Assembly: GCA_964220215.1 (NCBI GenBank)
Contig: CAXPTH010000002.1
Coordinates: 1-19,882, forward strand
Direction of reading: 5' to 3'
Length of the DNA: 19,882 nucleotides
Source: Alteromonas sp.
Lineage (GTDB): Bacteria > Margulisbacteria > Marinamargulisbacteria > UBA6595
Shown here: positions 15,522 to 19,882 of the stretch, piece after piece
How the letters are laid out: each line of letters opens with the position of its first letter
Numbering within the stretch: the first letter of the stretch is position 1
Notes under the pieces: generated by a model
Databases searched by the model: none
What the model was told of the DNA's origin: nothing
Seen by the model: the letters and a program-made list of their open reading frames with translations, nothing else
Program-made: the position numbers and the translations under genes

Positions 15522-16498
15522 TGAGCCCAGTCCCGACACCCATCTCGGTTGGGGTTTTAGGCTGTGGGGCTTGGGCGACTGTGGTTGCCACACTATTCGC
15601 CCACAACCAGCATCGGGTTCGGTTATGGAGCCGAGATACCCAACGCTGCCACCACATTAACACCCAGCATCGAAACCCCGATTACATGCCCGATTGCCCC
15701 CTCAGCCCGTTGATTACTGCGGACCCATCGCTGGACACCATCACACAGGACGTCGATCTATTGGTGTATGCCTTGCCCGCTAAGCATTACGCACTCGCAT
15801 GCGATGCCACACCGGGTTCTGCCCCATGGTTAATATTAAGTAAAGGGTTAACCGATGAGCCGGATCGGTTATTATCCGCCTATTTAACCCGCATGGGCGC
15901 ACCCGATGTTGCTGTGCTATCTGGGCCAAATCTAGCCACTGAAATTGCCAAACAGCAACCGGCAGCTAGCGTCATTGCCAGTTCCAATCCAGAATTGGCC
16001 GTCACCCTTCAAAATCAGATCAGTACCCCCTGGTTTCGACCCTACACGGCTACGGACTGTGTGGGGGTTGAGCTTGGCGGCATTTTTAAAAATGTATTGG
16101 CTATTGCCGCCGGGCTTTGCGATGCCTTAGACCTGGGCCAAAATGCCAAAGCGGCCCTATTAACCAGAGGGCTCAATGAAATGCGCACCCTAGTCACCCA
16201 CATGGGGGGGCACGCCCAAACAGTCTACGGTTTATCCGGCATTGGGGATTTAATTGCCACCTGCCAATCCCAAACGAGTCGCAATTGGCAATACGGTTAT
16301 GCCATTGGCACCCATGCGTCAACGGATCATTTGCATACCGTTGAGGGTGTGCGAACCACGGAACGCTTACAGGCCTATGCACAGCACGAGCAGTTGCGTT
16401 TGCCGTTGCTGCATGAAATTTATCGGGTATTGCTTGAGGCTAAGCACCCCCAAGACGCTCTACGCTGTTTATTTGAACGCCCGCTCATTCATGAATAA
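15521..16498 (+). CDS. gpsA: NAD(P)H-dependent glycerol-3-phosphate dehydrogenase
   Basis: VLGCGAWAT, LSKG, LSGPNLA, GVELGGIFKNVLAIAAG, GLSGIGDLIATC..SRN; TAATG overlap with plsY. Confidence 0.96.
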   Translation: MSPVPTPISVGVLGCGAWATVVATLFAHNQHRVRLWSRDTQRCHHINTQHRNPDYMPDCPLSPLITADPSLDTITQDVDLLVYALPAKHYALACDATPGSAPWLILSKGLTDEPDRLLSAYLTRMGAPDVAVLSGPNLATEIAKQQPAASVIASSNPELAVTLQNQISTPWFRPYTATDCVGVELGGIFKNVLAIAAGLCDALDLGQNAKAALLTRGLNEMRTLVTHMGGHAQTVYGLSGIGDLIATCQSQTSRNWQYGYAIGTHASTDHLHTVEGVRTTERLQAYAQHEQLRLPLLHEIYRVLLEAKHPQDALRCLFERPLIHE

Positions 16499-17858
16499 AT
16501 TTATTTTGGGGCTGCTATTTGGTCTGGATGTTGTGGCGATTCCCAGCGCTTTTTTACTGGCTTATCGGCTTAAATTCCCTGGGGTTGAACTAACCGATCC
16601 GTATAGCATCTTAAGCCTGGTCGCCACATTGGTATGGATGGTGGCGTTTTGTTTATACGGCGTTTATCGGCAACGGGTCGGCCCGTTGTATATTGTGGAC
16701 ACCCTTCTGGTTGTTGTCAAAGGGTCCACCATTGCCTGCGTGCAATTAATGGCGTTGTCCTTCTTGATCCCTCAACTACCAGAATCCCGAGCTGTGATTG
16801 CCTACGCATTTGTATTGTGCCTCATTGCCACGGGTAGCATTCGTATTGCCCTCTGGAAACTGGAGCAGTTTCACTGGTTTCGATTGCGCCAACATCAAAA
16901 AGCCATTGTCGTTGGTGGGGGGGATACCGAACAAATGATTATCGAAACATTATTGCACCAGCCCAGCTATTGCATCCACTATATCGGCAGCATTTCAGAC
17001 CAAACGCCCCACCAATTTCGATACCGAATCGAGGAGCACTATCAGCGCCTTGGGCCACTATCCGAATTGATGGACCACTTGGACCGCCATACACCCGATA
17101 TTATTTATATCACCGATCCAGCGTTGGATTTACCCTATGATCAGCTATTACAACAATACAAAAACAAATTGTATATATTAGCCAACACGGCATTGTTTCA
17201 GCATGTCCCCGTTCAATCTCGCGCATTGGACAGCCTCACCTTTTTGCGCACCCATCGGGTGTTTAATACCCCCATCCAAAATGCGATCAAAGAGTTGTTG
17301 GATCGCAGCTTAGCCATTGTGCTCTTAATCCTTCTAACCCCACTGATGCTGCTGATTGCCATCGGTATTTATGTATCATCCTCCGGGCCCATTTTCTTCA
17401 CCCAAGAGCGACTCACCCAAACCATGCGCCCCTTCATGATTATTAAGTTCCGTACCATGGGCATCAACGCAGAAGCCGACACTGGCCCGGTATGCGTGGT
17501 CGGGGATGACCCTCGGATATTTCCGTTTGGGGCCCTGCTTCGGCGGTTATCCTTGGATGAATTGCCCCAATTATTCAACATCTTTGTGGGTGATATGAGT
17601 TTTGTTGGGCCACGTCCCGAGCGGCCGCACTTCGTCAATACCTATAGAAAAACAAGCCCCAATTTTACCCAACGCTTTCATGTCAAAGCGGGTCTAACGG
17701 GGTGGGCCCAGGTGAATGGGCGATCCTATCTAACCCCCCGTCCCGATCTAAAGCTTCATTACGATTTGTATTATATTTACAATTGGTCGTTACTCTTGGA
17801 TTTAAAAATCATACTAAAAACATTTTTAGTCGTCCTCAAACGCGAGGCCGTGCATTAA
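16491..17858 (+). CDS. Polyprenyl-phosphate priming glycosylphosphotransferase (WcaJ/WbaP-type, multi-TM)
   Basis: N-terminal TMs, AIVVGGG, then catalytic domain GPIFFTQER, KFRTM, DPRI, LRRLSLDELPQL, GDMSFVGPRPERP, GLTGWAQVNGR, DLYYIYNWS. Start moved from 16254 to ATG 16491 (MNKFILGLL), which overlaps the gpsA end. Confidence 0.92.
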   Translation: MNKFILGLLFGLDVVAIPSAFLLAYRLKFPGVELTDPYSILSLVATLVWMVAFCLYGVYRQRVGPLYIVDTLLVVVKGSTIACVQLMALSFLIPQLPESRAVIAYAFVLCLIATGSIRIALWKLEQFHWFRLRQHQKAIVVGGGDTEQMIIETLLHQPSYCIHYIGSISDQTPHQFRYRIEEHYQRLGPLSELMDHLDRHTPDIIYITDPALDLPYDQLLQQYKNKLYILANTALFQHVPVQSRALDSLTFLRTHRVFNTPIQNAIKELLDRSLAIVLLILLTPLMLLIAIGIYVSSSGPIFFTQERLTQTMRPFMIIKFRTMGINAEADTGPVCVVGDDPRIFPFGALLRRLSLDELPQLFNIFVGDMSFVGPRPERPHFVNTYRKTSPNFTQRFHVKAGLTGWAQVNGRSYLTPRPDLKLHYDLYYIYNWSLLLDLKIILKTFLVVLKREAVH

Positions 17859-18424
17859 TGCCGGCAATACCAGATGCCTTAGCGCTATTTGGCGGCCAAT
17901 TTGACCCCTTTCATTGGGGGCATGACCATGTGATTCAGCAATTACTCCCCCACTTTCGTCACATTGTTGTGCTCCCGTCGGCACACCCCCCGCACCGTGC
18001 GGCCAGTGAAACCCCCTTTCATCATCGATTCGCCATGGTCCAGCATGCAACCGCCCAGTGGCCCACCGTGACCGTATCCGATTATGACGCCCAGCACAGC
18101 CCCAGTTTTGCCCGACACACCGTGCGGCATTTTCATGCCCAATACCCCGGCATCCCCATTACCCTCGTCATTGGCAGTGATCAATACGAAGCCCTGCATA
18201 CCTGGCATCACATTGATACACTCTGCGATCTGGCCCAATTTTTTGTGGTTCCCCGAGACACTCAGCCCCGAACCAATCCCCACCTGCCTGCCGCTGCCCA
18301 CATCACACACTGTACGGCACCGCCCTATCCACTAAGCGCGACTGAGCTGCGTGCGGACTGGCGAGCAACCCTTGTGCCCCCCGCTGTGGCCGATTATTGC
18401 CAAGCACACGGATTATACGCATGA
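17858..18424 (+). CDS. nadD: Nicotinate-nucleotide adenylyltransferase
   Basis: ALFGGQFDPFHWGH (HxGH), PPHR, LVIGSDQ..LHTWH, LSATELR, VPPAVADY..HGLY. Start moved to ATG 17858 (TAATG overlap). Confidence 0.9.
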   Translation: MPAIPDALALFGGQFDPFHWGHDHVIQQLLPHFRHIVVLPSAHPPHRAASETPFHHRFAMVQHATAQWPTVTVSDYDAQHSPSFARHTVRHFHAQYPGIPITLVIGSDQYEALHTWHHIDTLCDLAQFFVVPRDTQPRTNPHLPAAAHITHCTAPPYPLSATELRADWRATLVPPAVADYCQAHGLYA

Positions 18425-18972
18425 CGTGGCTGGGTATTATTGGGCGTGTGGGCTCGGGCAAATCAACCGTGGCTAGCCTCGTCCATGAGGCCTTTGGATT
18501 GCCCATTGTCGAGCTGGACCATATTGGCTGGGCCGTGTTGGAACTGCCCGATGTGATTGCCGCTATTGCCCAGCAAATTTCGCCCGATGTCCGGCAGCCC
18601 AACGGGCAGATTGACCGGAACCGATTGGGGCGTATTGTCTTTCAGGACCCGGTGGCGTTGGCGCGATTAAACAGCATCTCGCATCCCGCCATTCGTGCTC
18701 AACTTCCAACCCCCACAACCCCATCGTTGTTGGTGGGTGCGCTCATTGAGGAAATTGGCTTGCGCGATCGTTGCCAAACCATTGTGACGGTGGACCGTGC
18801 CGATGCGGATATCCTAGCCAGCAATCCCAAAGCGGCCCGCATTTTGCCCCATCAAGCATCTCGGGATATGTTTCAAGCTCGTGGCGATTGGATTTTGCAC
18901 AATACGACCCCCGATCAATTGCGGACCGATACCTTAGCCCTATTCAAACAGTTGCTCAGTACAGTACACTAA
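18421..18972 (+). CDS. coaE: Dephospho-CoA kinase
   Basis: P-loop GRVGSGKST, IDRNRLGRIVFQD, LNSISHPAI. Start moved to ATG 18421 (ATGA overlap with nadD). Confidence 0.9.
   Translation: MTWLGIIGRVGSGKSTVASLVHEAFGLPIVELDHIGWAVLELPDVIAAIAQQISPDVRQPNGQIDRNRLGRIVFQDPVALARLNSISHPAIRAQLPTPTTPSLLVGALIEEIGLRDRCQTIVTVDRADADILASNPKAARILPHQASRDMFQARGDWILHNTTPDQLRTDTLALFKQLLSTVH
18965..18970 (+). promoter_or_regulatory. Candidate internal -10 (TACACT) for leaderless dapA
   Basis: 6 nt upstream of ATG 18977, inside the last codons of coaE; no SD. Confidence 0.35.
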
Positions 18973-18976
18973 TATT

Positions 18977-19840
18977 ATGTTTGGATCATTAATTACGGCC
19001 ATGATTACCCCCTTTGATCAATCCGGGGCTTTGGATTGTGCCGAAGCGCAGCGTGTTGCCCGGCATTTAGCCGCCACCGGCAGCGATGCCCTCGTGTTAT
19101 CCGGTACCACCGGGGAGTCTCCCACCTTGACGCATGCGGAAGAGGCGGACTTGTATCGGGCGGTATTGGATGCGGTAGACATTCCTGTTATTGCGGGTAC
19201 TGGGTCCAATTGCACCCAAACGGCCATTGCGGCTACCCAGGCAGCCGAGGCCCTAGGGGTGCATGCGTCCTTGCAAGTAACTCCCTATTATAATCGGCCT
19301 TCTCAAGCGGGGTTAATTGCGCATTTTACGGCCATTGCCGATGCGACCCAACTGCCCATTATTTTATATAATATTCCGGGGCGAACCAGCGTTAATATGA
19401 CGCCTGAAACAATTGCAACATTGGCGAAGCATCCCCGCATTGTGGGGGTTAAAGAAGCGGGTGGGTGTGTGGACATGGTGCGCAATATTCGTGCTCTGAC
19501 CCCGGAGTCGTTTATTATTTATGCCGGTGATGACGGGTTGATTGTGCCTTTTATGGATGCCGGTGCGATTGGTGTTGTGTCTGTGGCCTCGCATATTGTC
19601 GGGCCTCAGCTCAAGCAGTTGATTAAGCATCACCAAGCGGGTGAAACCGCCGCTAGCCAAACCATTGCGGATGCACTCATGCCGTTGTGCGATGCCCTAT
19701 TTATGACCACCACTCCGGTGCCTGTCAAAGCAGCCATGAATCAGCTGGGATTTTCAGTTGGCAACCCACGATTGCCACTCGTCCCGTTAACAGCTAATGA
19801 ACTGGATGCCTTACAAAAGGCGCTGGCTCCGTATGTCTAG
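18977..19840 (+). CDS. dapA: 4-hydroxy-tetrahydrodipicolinate synthase
   Basis: TAMITPF, SGTTGESPTL, IAGTGSN, VTPYYNRP, LYNIPGRT, Schiff-base Lys in IVGVKEA, AGDD, RLPL. Confidence 0.97.
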   Translation: MFGSLITAMITPFDQSGALDCAEAQRVARHLAATGSDALVLSGTTGESPTLTHAEEADLYRAVLDAVDIPVIAGTGSNCTQTAIAATQAAEALGVHASLQVTPYYNRPSQAGLIAHFTAIADATQLPIILYNIPGRTSVNMTPETIATLAKHPRIVGVKEAGGCVDMVRNIRALTPESFIIYAGDDGLIVPFMDAGAIGVVSVASHIVGPQLKQLIKHHQAGETAASQTIADALMPLCDALFMTTTPVPVKAAMNQLGFSVGNPRLPLVPLTANELDALQKALAPYV

Positions 19841-19882
19841 GCAACTAAATCCAAAGCACCCAATCCCCAGGCCCCTAAATCC

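Noticed and set aside
16254..18420. Long N-terminal extensions in the ORF track for the glycosyltransferase (16254), nadD (17702) and coaE (18397)
   Set aside because: They overlap upstream genes substantially; ATGs at 16491, 17858 and 18421 give standard coupled overlaps and normal protein starts.
19837..19882. ctaaatcc repeated at 19845 and 19875, and a possible convergent gene end (…DLGAWGLGALDLVA*, TAG 19837-19839)
   Set aside because: Only 8 nt in two copies at the window edge, and two minus frames are open; too little to call a CRISPR, repeat or CDS.
1..19882. Mobile elements, prophage, defence genes, RNA genes, and a firm taxonomic call
   Set aside because: No integrase, transposase or defence motifs, arrays or tRNA/rRNA-like stretches seen, and intergenic gaps are very short. 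Gene content loosely recalls marine Margulisbacteria, but this cannot be supported without a search.

Overview
Compact bacterial chromosomal segment from a diderm (it encodes an outer-membrane beta-barrel), probably from a light-exposed habitat (two photolyase-family genes). I saw no rRNA, tRNA, CRISPR or mobile element. Left end, minus strand: a small leader-type ORF with signal-like N-terminus, His cluster, CxxC and C-terminal RAPP (DUF2946/CruR-like), then a His-rich outer-membrane protein, a ZnuA-family binding protein, a ZnuB-family permease (no ATPase), and an overlapping photolyase/cryptochrome-family gene that runs off the window and is missing from the ORF track. Middle: ggt, an SDR/DUF2867-type protein, a class III-like CPD photolyase with an NhaP-type antiporter, rnhC, hisH, and a djlA-like gene coupled to an unknown protein with an internal domain duplication. 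An unannotated 43-aa ORF with a very strong Shine-Dalgarno follows. Right end: a tightly coupled run lipA-plsY-gpsA-priming glycosyltransferase-nadD-coaE-dapA. Most transcription-unit-leading genes have a (TGn)TAnnnT box only 6-12 nt before the ATG, suggesting leaderless or near-leaderless mRNAs. All calls come from motif recognition by eye; no database searches were run.
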